Positions 1 through 12,489 of a DNA stretch of 64,000 bases are shown here, in pieces; position 1 is the stretch's first letter, and every line of letters begins with the position of its first letter. Source of the stretch: Octopus vulgaris. Its lineage: Eukaryota. Both the position numbers and the translations under genes were made by a program. The notes below the pieces were generated by a model. It was not told the origin of the DNA. It ran no database searches and saw only the letters and a list, made by a program, of their open reading frames with translations. The stretch spans positions 60,140,001 to 60,204,000 of the forward strand of contig OX597816.1 in the NCBI GenBank assembly GCA_951406725.2, read 5' to 3'.

Positions 1-787
1 TATATATCATGAGAGAGAGAATGAGAGTAGGAAAAAGAGAGATAGAGAGAGATCCGAATGAAAGGAAGATTTGAGTGGAGATTGTGTAGAAGAGTTAGTT
101 ACTGGGTGAATTTAGATTATCTTTGGCCAATTGATAGAGAATTCTGCCAGACAAGAAAGTTAACTGTACTAGCAAGATAAGGAATAGTCTGTAGATAAAA
201 TTATAAGGAACTCTTATCATCGTCTACTGCATCTCTGATAACTATTGAGCCAATGAAGGACCAGTTAGGTGGTCTTTTGACCTTGAGCAAACAGCAGCCT
301 AAATATCTGAAATTCTCACCATATTGTGTCTTAAGAAAGTAAGTGCACATGCCATAATGTTCCCCTAAATATTGATAACAAGATGGGATGGCTTTCCTTG
401 GAATGCTTTTGATCGTAGGTTTGCTTGACTAAGGTTAACGATATATAATTAATCCTCTTAGTATCCTGTGCTACTGCATACAAGAGCTCTTGGTCCTCCC
501 TGCCTCCTCTCATCTAGCAGTTTGATCAAATGGGAACAGAAGTGCTTGGGTGAATGTTCTGGTTGCCATATTGTCACGTCACATGTCATACGCAAGCCAT
601 GTCATACACAAGCACACACAAACACACACACACAGACACAAACATACACACACATACACATGTATGTATAGCTCATTTGTGGTGGTTGATGCCTGAGCTT
701 GCAATATACCAAAGCTTAAGGTATAATATTAGTTTTGCAGTTTACTTATAGAATAGTATAATATAAACTACCTATTTTCTACTTGAG

Positions 788-1086
788 TGAAGGCGCATGG
801 CTCAGTGGTTAGAGCATCGAGCTTACGATCGTGAGCTTGTGAGTTTGATTCTCGGACCAGGCTGCGTGTTGTGTTCTTGAGCAAGACACTTTATTTCACT
901 CAGCTGTAGAAATGAGCTGTATCAGCCCCTTTGCCTTTCCCTTGGATAACACGGTGGTGTGGAGAGGGGAGGCTGGTATGCATGGGTGACTGCTGGCCTT
1001 CCATAAATAACCTTGCATGGACTTGTACCTCGGAGGATAACTTTCTAGGTGCAATCCCATGGTCAGTCATGACCGAAGGGGGTCTC
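788..1086 (+). mobile_element. tRNA-derived SINE, family C (CORE-like body)
   Basis: Head TGGCTCAGTGGTTAGAGC (A box) and GAGTTTGATTC (degenerate B box), then TGTGTTCTTGAGCAAGACACTT (CORE-like). A near-identical copy lies on the minus strand at 14861-15201. Confidence 0.85.
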
Positions 1087-1124
1087 CATTTTCTACTTGC
1101 ATCAGTTTCAATAATGAATGCTCA

Positions 1125-1342
1125 TTAACCCATTTGTTACCATATTTCTGTTGAAAAACACTGCCTTTGTTTTTGTTAATTTTAGAAATTTGGGGAAGAA
1201 TTTAGTAACTGTTGTTTTTAAGTGGTATTTGAAACATAAATAAATTTTGACGGAAGATTTCAATTTAGATATACCTTAAAACAGAAGGTTTGTATCATAG
1301 GATCTGAAGTGGTCTCGGGCAGGTTGGTATTAAAAGAGTTAA
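1125..1342. mobile_element. TTAA-flanked MITE, family 1 (piggyBac/Kolobok-like, non-autonomous)
   Basis: TTAA at both ends, with CCCATTTG...AAAAGAG termini. Homologous copies at about 56150-56371 and, inverted and partial, at 22037-22137. Confidence 0.6.
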
Positions 1343-1361
1343 TGAAGAGTTTACCCCAGAG

Positions 1362-2359
1362 CAGGGGTCAGTGAACCAGGGAAAATTACCCTAAGTGGGG
1401 TGAAAATGAAATTCTTGTGGGTAATGAAGACTCATTAGACATAAGTAAAATTATATAAAAAATGTGTTCCTTGTTATGACAGAAATTTTTCTCCTAGTAA
1501 CACTGCATCTGTCTAATGTAATGGATGTGTTTAGGAGATGTCATGTCATTTTGAACTACAAGCAATTTGGTAGCTAAAACATTGCCAAGTGACTAAACAG
1601 ATATTATTTGTCAGTTATCTCTTGCGTGCCATAACCTTATATTTTGACACATGTTTTTGGTTTGATTAAGTAGATTTAAGTAGTTATTCAATTCAACCCC
1701 AATTGGACCCCAAAGAATGTATCTAAATTGCTCTGGCATCAAAATACCCCAATTTTGATGTAATTGTAACAAAAATGAAACATCATTTCTCCAAAACCCT
1801 AAGTGAAAAAGTTTCTAGAAAAATCCTTTTTTTTTAATGAGGATATTAATTTATTTTATCACATTTATTTTATACATTTTATATTTATAATTATATAACA
1901 TTCACTCTATGTTGACTGATGATACAGTATGGACGGATTTTTGAAGTTCAATGATACCCTACACACATATTTGGTTATGAAGATTTACAAACATACTTTC
2001 TCAGTGAGACTCGATATACCTACCATTATGGGTAATACCAAATGTACCTTTCGGATTTTTCATAATGTGACGTAAGTCTTTGGTATAGTAATTGCGTGCG
2101 GCTGAAGAGAGCTTTAAACCATCCTTTATGTCGATTATACAATGATGTAAGAATAGGTCATTTTATAAAGCTTGAAACACATGTACCGCGACATCCTTTG
2201 TGTTCTGTTTTTGATTTCGTTTATAATTATATAAATAGATTCAATAAACCTTCTGACATCAGAGAATATATGATTTTCTTCCTTTTAAATCAAGGGGAAA
2301 ATGTCAGCATAAATAAATGTATTTTGGGGTAATTGGTTAAAAATGTTCCCTGACCCTTG
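1362..2359 (+). mobile_element. hAT (Charlie/Buster-like) internally deleted DNA transposon
   Basis: TIRs CAGGGGTCAGTGAAC / GTTCCCTGACCCTTG match at 13/15. Flanking 8-mers CCCCAGAG / CTCTAGAG fit the NTCTAGAN-type target. Transposase remnants VAKTLPSD (~1570) and QLDPKECI*IALASKYPNFDVIVTKMKHHFS (~1700-1790) resemble the Buster C-terminus. Confidence 0.8.
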
Positions 2360-2388
2360 CTCTAGAGGAGTAGGTAAAGGACCTATAT

Positions 2389-2892
2389 CAGTGGTTCTCA
2401 GTCAGGGTCCATATAAAATTTTGTTGTTAAAATTTATGTGTAATAAACTGGTTATATTTCTACAACACAAAATATTTAAACATTTCGCAGGAGTGGCTGT
2501 GTGGTAAGTAGCTTGCTTACCAACCACATGGTTCCGGGTTCAGTCCCACTGCATGGCACCTTGGGCAAGTGTCTTCAACTATAGCCTCGGGCTGACCAAA
2601 GCCTTGTGAGTGGATTTGGTAGATGGAAACTGAAAGAATCCCGTTGTATTTATGTATATACATATATGTATGGATGTGTATACATTTGTGTGTCTGTGTT
2701 TGTCCCCCCACCATTGCTTGACAATCAATGCTGGTGTGTTTACGTCCCCGTAACTTAGCAGTTTGGCAAAAGAGACTGATAGAATAAATACTAGGTTTAC
2801 AAAGAATAAGTCCCGGGGTTTTTGGTTGACTAAAGGTTGTGCTCCAGCTTGGCCGCAATCAAATGACTGAAAGAGTAAAAGAGTACAATTCC

Positions 2893-2932
<40 letters not shown>

Positions 2933-3049
2933 CATAATCATAAAAATATAATAGGATTTCTTAAACATCAAATGGCCTTGAGAATCCCTCCACTTGAGTA
3001 AAATAGGAATTAATGGGGTCCATAAGGAAAAAATGGTTGAGAACCATTG
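2389..3049. mobile_element. hAT MITE with a nested SINE A
   Basis: TIRs CAGTGGTTCTCA / TGAGAACCATTG and 8-bp TSD ACCTATAT / ATCTATAT (7/8). Confidence 0.8.
2486..2885 (+). mobile_element. SINE family A (tRNA-like head, CORE-like segment, internal TA/TG microsatellite, (AAGAGTA)n tail)
   Basis: GCAGGAGTGGCTGTGTGGTAAG...GGTTCAGTCCC...CACCTTGGGCAAGTGTCTT...GACTGAAAGAGTAAAAGAGTA. More than ten homologous copies or halves occur in the window. Confidence 0.9.
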
Positions 3050-3999
3050 ATCTATATTATAGAATTGCAAAGTCACATGTTAAACCTTTGTGGTATTTGC
3101 TCCTATCACAGAAGCAGTATTCAGAGTATGTGCTCAATGTAAAGACACAATTGCATTGAACTCAAACTGGGCCTCATAACTCAGCCAATGAAATCATTTC
3201 CTATCCTTCTCTGCATTAAGTTCATACATAAGTTCATACATAAATCATACATTAGACATAGCTAGAACGGTGTTCTCTTAATACATCATTGTAATTTTAT
3301 CGCCTGGTAATTTCATCACAAGTCAATGCATCATCACTAAGTTCATTGTCAGGCTATGTACACATCAGTAAATTCATTATCTTTGCTTTTTATCCCCAGA
3401 GTATCAACATAAATATTTCTATTTGTAGAGTAAATACATTATATTTAATCATCACACATGCGTGTCCTGGAAATACAAATGCTCTTGTATATATTATTAA
3501 ATAAACCCAGAATATAGTTCACAAGTATGTAGAAACACTACCACTGACAATACATGTCCCACTGATTTAATGTCATCAAAATTAACTCTGGCAGTGTATC
3601 AAAGACATAATTAAGAATGTGTGTGTGTGTGTGTAAACTAGTGATTAACCTGTTAGGAATCTATGACCATCAATACAATTGTTTGCAAAATGCAAATTAT
3701 AATATAAAAGTAGGCATAAGAATAACTACCTGGCAGTAATTTGTTCCTCTGTTTTAACTTAGACAATTCCTCCACATGGCTGAATATTATCCAAACTGAA
3801 GCATTCTATGTATTACTCTGATTTTTGCCATTCACTCTTCAGGTGTCCTCTTTTTATGTCTCATGCCAACAAGGTTGGATATTGTATATTTAACTACAAA
3901 CTATTATACAAGATTCATGTAAATATAATGTATTCCACACTCAAGCCCCATCGTTTTTGACATGTATCACATATGTTATAAAATAGGGTTACATTGTTG

Positions 4000-4615
4000 G
4001 TGCAGTTGAAGCCCACAGTTGCACATGAAGACAGAACTGCAAAGAAACAAAATTTATTGACTTACAGAGCCAGTAACAATGGTGATATTGAAACTGGTAT
4101 CAAAACCATTGAAATGGCAAAACTGCAGTAGTATTCCAGAGAATTTGTGTTATCTGGTCTACCAACACCATCAGCCTTTACACAAAGATCTAACTCTATA
4201 ACAGCATAGTTCTACCAACAGTTCTCTATGTCAGTAAAATGTGGAAGAGCACCAAAGATGTTTGAGAAAGATTTTGAGAACATACAGGTAACACTACAGA
4301 ACCAATGAAAGACATTTTAAAGAGAGCTAACTGAAGATCATGGAAGTGAAATCATCACATAATAAATATTAAACTAGCAGAACACATAATTCAAGCTACC
4401 TGAAGAATACTATTCTAAAACAGCTTCCAAATGGACACCACCAGAAAGGAAATGAAAGACAGGAAGACCAAAATCTACATGGTGTAGAACATTCATAATC
4501 CACATGAAAGAGGCCAATACTGTGGCCAAATGCTGAGAAAAATTGCAGCTAATGGAAACAAGTGGCGTCAACTTGCTGCTCAATGTGTTTGAGAGCATAA
4601 GAAGAACTGAACTAA
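4000..4615 (+). pseudogene. Old RTE-type LINE, decayed ORF2 3' end
   Basis: Manual translation gives WSTNTISLYTKI*LYNSIVLPTVLY and KWTPPERK*KTGRPKSTWCRTF, typical RTE C-terminal motifs, with stops and frameshifts. Confidence 0.65.
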
Positions 4616-5129
4616 ATACCACTTAGATCAGTGAGCTTTTCAATTCTGTAGTATATACCTTTATGAATTGCTAGACCGGGCTGTTGGGAAGTATCTTGGC
4701 CACAGACACAATGCAGTGAACTCAGCTTAAAGATCCATTAAAATCTGAGATAAAACAAAATGAATGATGACTAAGGAGAAATATATTAAACATATTTTTG
4801 ATTTTGAAATTTTTACATGCTTTTAGCTCTGATTATTGCCTGTAAAAGACCTCCAGGGATTTTGGAAAACAGAATATGTTAAATATATATTGTTAGTTAC
4901 AGAAAATGTTTCTTGTATTCTCTAATGACTTTTAAGTATGATTTGTTTAAGATAGAGCAACGGAAGGAAGGTAAACAGTATAAGAACTGTAACAGGGGAG
5001 AAATGGTTGTGAAAAGTATAGATTACGAAAAACATATGCATACACTGAGGAGAAAAGTTGGCAAGATTAAGTATATCAGCTTTCATTTAGTTTTTATAAT
5101 GATCTTAAGTTGTCAAGTTTACTTTATAC

Positions 5130-5256
5130 ACACATGAATACATATACTTAACAAAAATTATGCATGTATATGTATACATAAACGTATAAGTACATATACA
5201 TACATTCACAGAAGTACATATATACATATATATACATGCATCTATCTGTCCCTTAC

Positions 5257-5327
<71 letters not shown>

Positions 5328-5533
5328 ATATATATATGTACATGCATTTATATGAAGAAACATCCATATATACACACACATATATATATGTGTACATGTA
5401 TGCATACATATATATATAAACATACTTATGTAAGCATATATATATGTACGTCCATTTATATGAAGAAACATCCATATACACACACATAAATGTGTACATG
5501 TATGTATACATATATATAAACATACTTACATAA

Positions 5534-5570
<37 letters not shown>
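5130..5570. repeat. Compound (CT)n/(TA)n/(CA) microsatellite with a ~108-bp tandem duplication
   Basis: CATTTATATGAAGAAACATCCATAT occurs at about 5345 and again at about 5453, each with a similar downstream context. Confidence 0.85.
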
Positions 5571-5571
<1 letters not shown>

Positions 5572-6573
5572 CACTCGCGTCTAAATGTTTGGCAGCAATT
5601 TCAAAGGGAGGAGAAAAAATGAATCGGGAATAAAACCAGCAATAAATTACTAGCAATGTGTTTTTTTGCCTGTTGTTTAATTGTTGTTTCTTTCTTTTTT
5701 TTTTTTCTATTATTCTTTCTCTCCACACTGCCTCCCACCGTCCTTCTCCTTCCACAAATGAAACAGCAATCATAGAATTATCTAGAATATAACTGCTGAG
5801 TGTGAAGGAAGAAGTAGTTATGTAACATCCTGCTGTCCAGTGCTATATTCATTTGTATCTGTTGTTGCAATCTTTCTAATTTATTCTTTACATTGAAGAA
5901 TTTCAAATTCAGTGTATTCATGTGGAAATTACAATAATTTTTACATCATACAGCTACATAGATTTTAAAATCAGTTCCATAAGGTGGTGCTTTGAGCTAG
6001 TCTCTTTTACCTTGTACACACATGTTGACTGAGGTCTTGTGAGCAAAATTTGGCAAACACAAAGTGGGCAGGGGGCTGTCAAAGGCACTGCTATTCCTGT
6101 TTTCGGGTGATAAAAATAATCTCAGTCATACATATTTAGGCCTTTGATATTGTTAGCATAACCCACTCTGCTGCAAGCATTTAGATCATATATAAATGCC
6201 TGCAACAGAGTGGGCAGTGCCCTATCTCTTCTAATTAAGCCATTAAAATGTTTAAAAAATATGTTATCATCCTCCTCCTCATCATCAGCTGCTGCAGTAG
6301 TAGAGGATGCTGCTGATGCTGATGCTGATGTTGATGTTTACATGTTGCTCTTCGAATGAAAGGCAATAAGATGTTTTGTTTATTCACCTACCACTGTGAT
6401 TTGAGGCCAGTTTAAGAACTTACCAGTTAGTAGCCTCACCTATCAGTTATTGTCTCACTTATGAGCTAGTGAAAAGCAACATATATAAGAGTGTATGAAC
6501 ACATATATAGACAAAGTGCATGTACAAACACATGCATATATACTCACTGATATATATATATATATATATATAC

Positions 6574-6608
<35 letters not shown>

Positions 6609-7019
6609 AACCATTTGTATTGATAGTGAGATGAATTATTAAAAAACAATTTTTAAAAATTGTTTATGAGGGAAAATAGGTTTGTTCACAACCAAAGACA
6701 AAATCAGCAAATACGACTGCTCATGTCAGACTTCTTTACTCCCAGCCAGTTCTTGAATGTCAACACTTGCATTTTAGCCCAAAGTCTCTCATCGGACAGT
6801 GCCAAAAATTTGGGCAGCATGAATTGCTGCTGCTTCAGGGATTCTGGTTAAAGAATAAGCATGCCATATTGTTATATATGGTATGAAGTGAAATAAAGGA
6901 TAGATAACATCTGTTAAATACTGCCACAAAATGTCCTTTCCAACCCATGCCATCATTGAGAAGTGGGATTAAAAGAATGATGATGGTGCATAGAACAAAT
7001 CAACTCCAATGTTTGTTTT

Positions 7020-7327
7020 TTCTAAGCCTGGGACTTATTCTATCAGCCTCTTTTTTTTTTTTGCCTGATGGTTAAGTTACAGGATGTAAGCAAACCAGCA
7101 TTGGTTGTTAAGTGGTGGTGAGAAACAAAGATATACACCCCCCACACATACACACACACATATATAAATATATATATAGGCACAGGAATGGCTGTGTGGT
7201 AAGATGCTTACTTCCCAACCACATGGTTCCAAGTTCAGTCCCATTGCATGGCACCTTGGGCAAGTATCTTCTGCTATAGCCTCGAGCCGACCAAGGCCTT
7301 GTGAGTGGATTTGGTTGACAGAAACCC
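7020..7327. mobile_element. Two SINE A halves in opposite orientation
   Basis: The 3' half lies on the minus strand (7020-7135) and the 5' half on the plus strand (7178-7327), separated by a CA/TA run. Confidence 0.7.
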
Positions 7328-7851
7328 ATTCTATATATATACATATATACATCACACATTCTGACTGAATCTTTGCGTCAACATGTACCTCTTTGCAACA
7401 ATGTAGCCTTCAATCTAATCAAGATATCCTTGGCCTGAAGAGTAGCCGGTGGTATATACCTTACTTGGAGTTTACCATTTCTAAGGTTCCACTCAGTATG
7501 AAACATATGCAGCTGGATTTCCCAAATTTCCCAAACTCCATTCTGTAACTCTTGTATATATATCTATATATATATATAGATATATATACAGTTGATGTGT
7601 GTTCTGTTTTGAAGAAGCCATGGATGTTGTAGCATACAAATCTAAATTTACTTACGGAGACAGCAACTGAGTATCACCTGAGGAGATATATATAGATCTT
7701 CTTATACAGGTAAATCGTTATATAATTTAATTTAAATTTAACTTTAAATCCTGTATATACGAGGTCCTGTATGTATCCAAACATTTGTAGTGATTAGAAT
7801 GCTGCCTAACCGTACTTACTCTTCCTTTTGACTCTTTTACTTTTTACTTTA

Positions 7852-7894
<43 letters not shown>

Positions 7895-7898
<4 letters not shown>

Positions 7899-8280
7899 TT
7901 TCTACTCTAGGAACAAGGTTTGAAATTTTTGGGGAAGGATCTAGTTGATTAGATCAGCCCCAGTATGCAAGTGGTACTTAATTTATCGAGCCCAAAAGGA
8001 TGAAAGGCAAAGTCAACCTCGGTGGAATTTGAACTCAGAAAAAATACCACTAAGCATTTGACCTGGCATGCTAACATTTCTGCCATATACATATATATAT
8101 ATATATATATATACACACAACTAGTTTCTTTCAGTTTCCATTTACGAAATCCACTCACAAAGCTTTGGTTGACCTGAGGCTATCATAAAAGTCACTTGCC
8201 CAAGTTGCCAATTGGTGGGGCTGAAACCAGAACTATGTGGTTGGGAAGCAAATTTCTTACCACATAAACATGTTGTGCCT
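7895..8280 (-). mobile_element. SINE B followed by a SINE A 5' half
   Basis: Reverse complement of GAGTTCAAATTCCACCGAGGTTGACTTTGCCTTTCATCC (7895-8085), then the SINE A head (8120-8280). Confidence 0.8.
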
Positions 8281-8299
8281 ATATATAAATATACAGATT

Positions 8300-8600
8300 C
8301 TTCCTCTCGTCCCTTCCCTATCTCTAAATTATCTTTCAGTCTCCCAGACATTCTTGCAAACACCATTCACCCATCCACACTTCCTGTTCTTCAGCCCTCA
8401 CTCACTTCCACTGTTTTTATCTCATTCCAAATTCATTCTTGCTGCTCCCACCCTTTCTTCTACAATGTGCGTAGACACATAACTCTTCTACAACAAGAAT
8501 CCTGTTCTATTTCTGGTTCCTTCTCATACCCTGTAACTCTCATCCCCTACTTTAAAGCTGTCTCCAGTCTCTCTTCTCTAGCCTCACTCAGTAGCAGATG
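8300..8600 (+). mobile_element. Possible decayed Penelope-like element fragment
   Basis: IHPSTLPVLQ resembles the PLE linker motif (xTYHPxxxxL). The sequence is pyrimidine-rich like the sense strand of the fragment at 59960-60340. Weak. Confidence 0.3.
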
Positions 8601-8804
8601 ATCTTAGACTTGCGGGTTGCATGCTGACCTCACAAGTGCTGATGCCATGAAAAAGCAAGCAGTATATACTATAAAGTGGTTGTCAAACTATCAAACTGCC
8701 CAACACATACCAGTATGGAACATGGATACTAAATGATGGTGATAATAATCATATATACACATATATATATATGTATGCATATATATGTATATATACACAC
8801 ACAC

Positions 8805-8854
<50 letters not shown>

Positions 8855-9127
8855 ACATACATGCATACATACACACACACATACATACGTATGTGTGTAT
8901 GTGTGTGTGTCTAAGTGTTTCTGTTTTGCTCCCACTACCACTTGAAATCTGCTGTTGGTTTGTTAACATCCCGGTAAATTAGCAGTTGAGCGAGATGGGA
9001 CCAATAGAATATGTACCAGGTTTAGAAACACAAAATAAATAAATAAATAAATAAATAAATAAGGTACTGGAATCAATTTGTCTGACAAAGCCCTTTAAGG
9101 CAATGCTTCAACATACTTGCATTGTAA

Positions 9128-9356
9128 TCTTATTTCTTTATTGCACACAAGGGTCTAAACATAGAGGGGACAAACAAGGACAGACAAAAGGATTAACTCG
9201 ATTACATCAATCCCAGTGCATAACTGGTACTTAATTTATCGACCCCGAAAGGATGAAAGGCAAAGTTGACCTCAGCAGAATTTGAACTCAGAATGTAGCA
9301 GACAAAATGCTGCTAAGCATTTCGCCCAGCATGCTAACGTTTCTGCCAGCTCGCCA
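9128..9356 (-). mobile_element. SINE family B, B1 tail
   Basis: Reverse complement of GGCGAGCTGGCAGAAACGTTAGC...GAGTTCAAATTC...CTTTCATCCTTTCGGGGTCGATAAATTAAGTACCAG...TAAAGAAATAAG. Confidence 0.9.
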
Positions 9357-9451
9357 ATCTTAAAACTAAAACAAGTGAAGTATAAAAGAAAAAAAATACT
9401 CATGTTTTCATTTCTGTTTTCCTGTTTGTATCACCAAACTTATAATATCCA

Positions 9452-9869
9452 TTACTCTTTACTCTTTACTCTTTTACTTGTTTCAGTCATTTGACTGCGA
9501 CCATGCTGGAGCACCGCCTTTTAGTCGAGCAAATCGACCCCAGGACTTATTCTTTGTAAGCCCAGTACTTATTCTATCGGTCTCTTTTGCCAAACCGTTA
9601 AGTGACGGGGACGTAAACACACCAGCATTGGTTGTCAAGCAATGCTAGGGGGACAAACACAGACACACAAACACATACACACACATATATATATATACAT
9701 ATATACGACAGGCTTCTTTCAGTTTCCGTCTACCAAATCCACTCACAAGGCATTGGTCGGCCCGGGGCTATAGCAGAAGACACTTGCCCAAGATGCCAGG
9801 CAGTGGGACTGAACCCGGAACCATGTGGTTGGTAAGCAAGCTACTTACCACACAGCCACTCCTGCGCCT
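9452..9869 (-). mobile_element. SINE A, full length, young
   Basis: Complete head-to-tail match to the other copies, with CpGs retained. Confidence 0.92.
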
Positions 9870-9909
9870 ATGTATATTTAGGTATCATCTTAAACCAGTC
9901 ACTTCCTCT

Positions 9910-9946
<37 letters not shown>

Positions 9947-10590
9947 TTTGATATGATCCTATAAATATCAATTTGACCATATGAAATATGGTAACGTCCT
10001 TTCAATTATTAGTGGAGTTTTTTTTTTCTTTTTTTTTATCTGATAATCCTAGTTTAAAGAAACAAGTTAGATAACAAACTACCATTTCTGTTATCACTAC
10101 AAGCATAAGCAACAGCAACAACAAATACTTCAACAATGACAATAAAAACATAGAAGCTACAAGATCTCCATGGGTGCAAATCTTCCAAAGAAAACAAAAA
10201 CCGAAATTACTGACCTCAACATTTCTGAAATCATTAATTCCTACACTGAAATATGCACTTTCAATAAAATATCTACAGCCACATCTAAGGAATGAATTAT
10301 GGTGACTTCTAAGTTACTGAACCATCTAAGAAACCAATTCCAAGTAGAATAGTAACAAAAAAAAAAAAAAAAAAATGAAAGAAGAATGATCAAACGCCAC
10401 TATTTAACTGAAATAGATAAACTAATAAAAACTTGATGCACCCTGAACTAAAACATCATATAACTGCTGATATAAACCAAAATATCTTGGGTTTATGAGG
10501 AGATGTGTGGAAATAGTTATTTGACCTGCTAGAAATAGCAGCTAAATATTATTCAAATAATGCACTAGTATTTAACAACAAAGCATAAGA

Positions 10591-10988
10591 GTGTGGTAAG
10601 TAGCTTGCTTACCACATGGTTCCGGGTTCAGTCCCACTGTGTGGCAGCTTGGGCAAGTATCTTCTACTATAGCCTCGGGCTGACCAAAGGCTTGTGAGTG
10701 GATTTGGTAGGCGGAAACTGAAAGAAGCCTGTCGTATATATGTATATATATATATGTGTGTGTGTGAGTGTGTGTGTGTGTTTGTCTGTGTTTGTCTCCC
10801 CCCCACATTGCTTGACAACCGATGCTGGTGCGTTTTCGTCCCCGTAACTTAGCAGTTTGACAAAAGAGACTGATAGAATAAGTACTAGGCTTACAAAGAA
10901 TAAGTCCTGGGGTCGATTTGCTTGACTAAAGGCAGTGCTCCAGCATGGCCACAGTCAAATGACTGAAACAAGTAAAAGAGTAAAGAGA
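10591..10988 (+). mobile_element. SINE A, slightly 5'-truncated
   Basis: GTGTGGTAAGTAGCTTGCTTACC...AAGTAAAAGAGTAAAGAG. Confidence 0.9.
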
Positions 10989-11202
10989 AAAAACAGAAGA
11001 CACATTGCATAAAGTAGTTCTAGTCTGCTGGTGGGGTGGGGCAGAGTAAAGAAAGAAGCAGTCTGTGGTGGTCATGGCTGGAACGCTGTTAATCATGGGT
11101 CTCTTTGATCAGGGTTGACTTGGAGCTGAACAATGATGACAACAAAAATAACAACAAACACAACCACTGCTGCCACCCCCACTACCCTACTGTTGCTGCT
11201 GC

Positions 11203-11657
11203 TGTTTGTTTGTTTGTTTGTTGAGTGAAGCGGTTTTCGTCCCAGTGGGAGAAGTCCGAAACGTGGTGGTGCTGGTTGCTGTTGCTGTTGAGCGAACGGT
11301 CTTCGTCCCAGGGCTCGCAAGATGGGAGAAGTCCAAAACGTGGTCCTTTGCTATTCGTAAGACCCGCAGAAGAGAAAGTAGGTCAACCCCCAACCGCGAG
11401 AGCATCGATGGATGGATGAATGCGCATCCAGGCTCAGTGGTTGCATAGGAAGTCGGGGACAAGAAACAGGAAGAAAGAGTGAGAGAAAGTTGAAGCGAAA
11501 GAGTACAACAGGGGTCGCCACCACCCCCTGCCAGAGCCTCATGGAGCTTTAGGTGTTTTTGCTCAATAAACACATGCAACACTCAGTCTGGGAATCGAAA
11601 CTGCGATCCTCCGACCGCGAGTCCGCTGCCCTAACCACTGGGCCATTGTGCCTCCAC
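11203..11657 (-). mobile_element. tRNA-derived SINE, family D, with (AAAC)n tail
   Basis: Minus-strand head GTGGAGGCACAATGGCCCAGTGGTTAGGGCAGCGGACTCGCGG...GTTTCGATTCCC. The same head recurs on the plus strand at 39666-39783. Confidence 0.8.
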
Positions 11658-11984
11658 TGCTGCTGCTGTCCCACTACCAACATCATCATCAGTAGCATGA
11701 CCAACATGACCACCACATTGAAAAAATGAAACAAAAAGAGAAGAGGAATCAAACTTAGGGTGACAAAAGCTTTGTTAAAAAATGGCGTATACAGAACATA
11801 CATCCGCATCAACGGTACAAATTGTAGCTACATGCATCACATATGTTTAATATGATTTACCATGGTCTAACCACAACCTACATGTGTTGACATTATATAA
11901 TGTAACTACATATTTTACCATCGAATGATGTGACCACAATATACACCACATGCTGTCATCAAATGATATAACCTTCCATTAAAC

Positions 11985-12455
11985 ATGCCTTGTTTCCCTG
12001 GGCATGGATTCACTGAAGCTCCAGCGTCTGGCGATGGACTTGGTAAACACCCACAAAGTTATCAACCACCTCACCAACAACAACACTGAACACCTTTTTG
12101 ATCTCCATGTGTCCAACACACGTGGACATGCCTACAAAGTCAGAAAACAGCACAGCTCCCATGACTTTCGGAAACATTTTTTCACGCTCAGAGTTGCTGA
12201 AGCATGGAACAAACTGCCTGCGTCAGTTGTTGACTGCCATGATACTGCATCCTTTAAGGCCCTCATGCTTTCCGAAATCCGCCGAAACTACACCTGATTG
12301 CCCCCCTTCCATACTCATACACATATGTGTATGTCATGACTCATGCACTGTTCTTTTCCTGACGCTTGTACATTACCCTGTGTACTATACATACACTTTA
12401 GATGAGTTGTAGTGCACCTGAGCACTGTACACAATGTTTTATTATTATTATTATA
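11985..12455 (+). pseudogene. CR1-clade LINE 3' end (ORF2 C-terminus, 3' UTR, (ATT)n tail)
   Basis: ORF 12004-12297 reads NTRGHAYKVRK...RKHFFTLRVAEAWNKLPASVV...FK, matching the CR1 C-terminal signature (TRGH..K, FF..RV...WN.LP). Confidence 0.85.
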
Positions 12456-12489
12456 ATCATATCACATATCACACGCTGTGCTAGTATTG

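Noticed and set aside
11187-11582. GC-richer 131-aa ORF and overlapping ORFs
   Set aside because: They lie entirely within SINE D.
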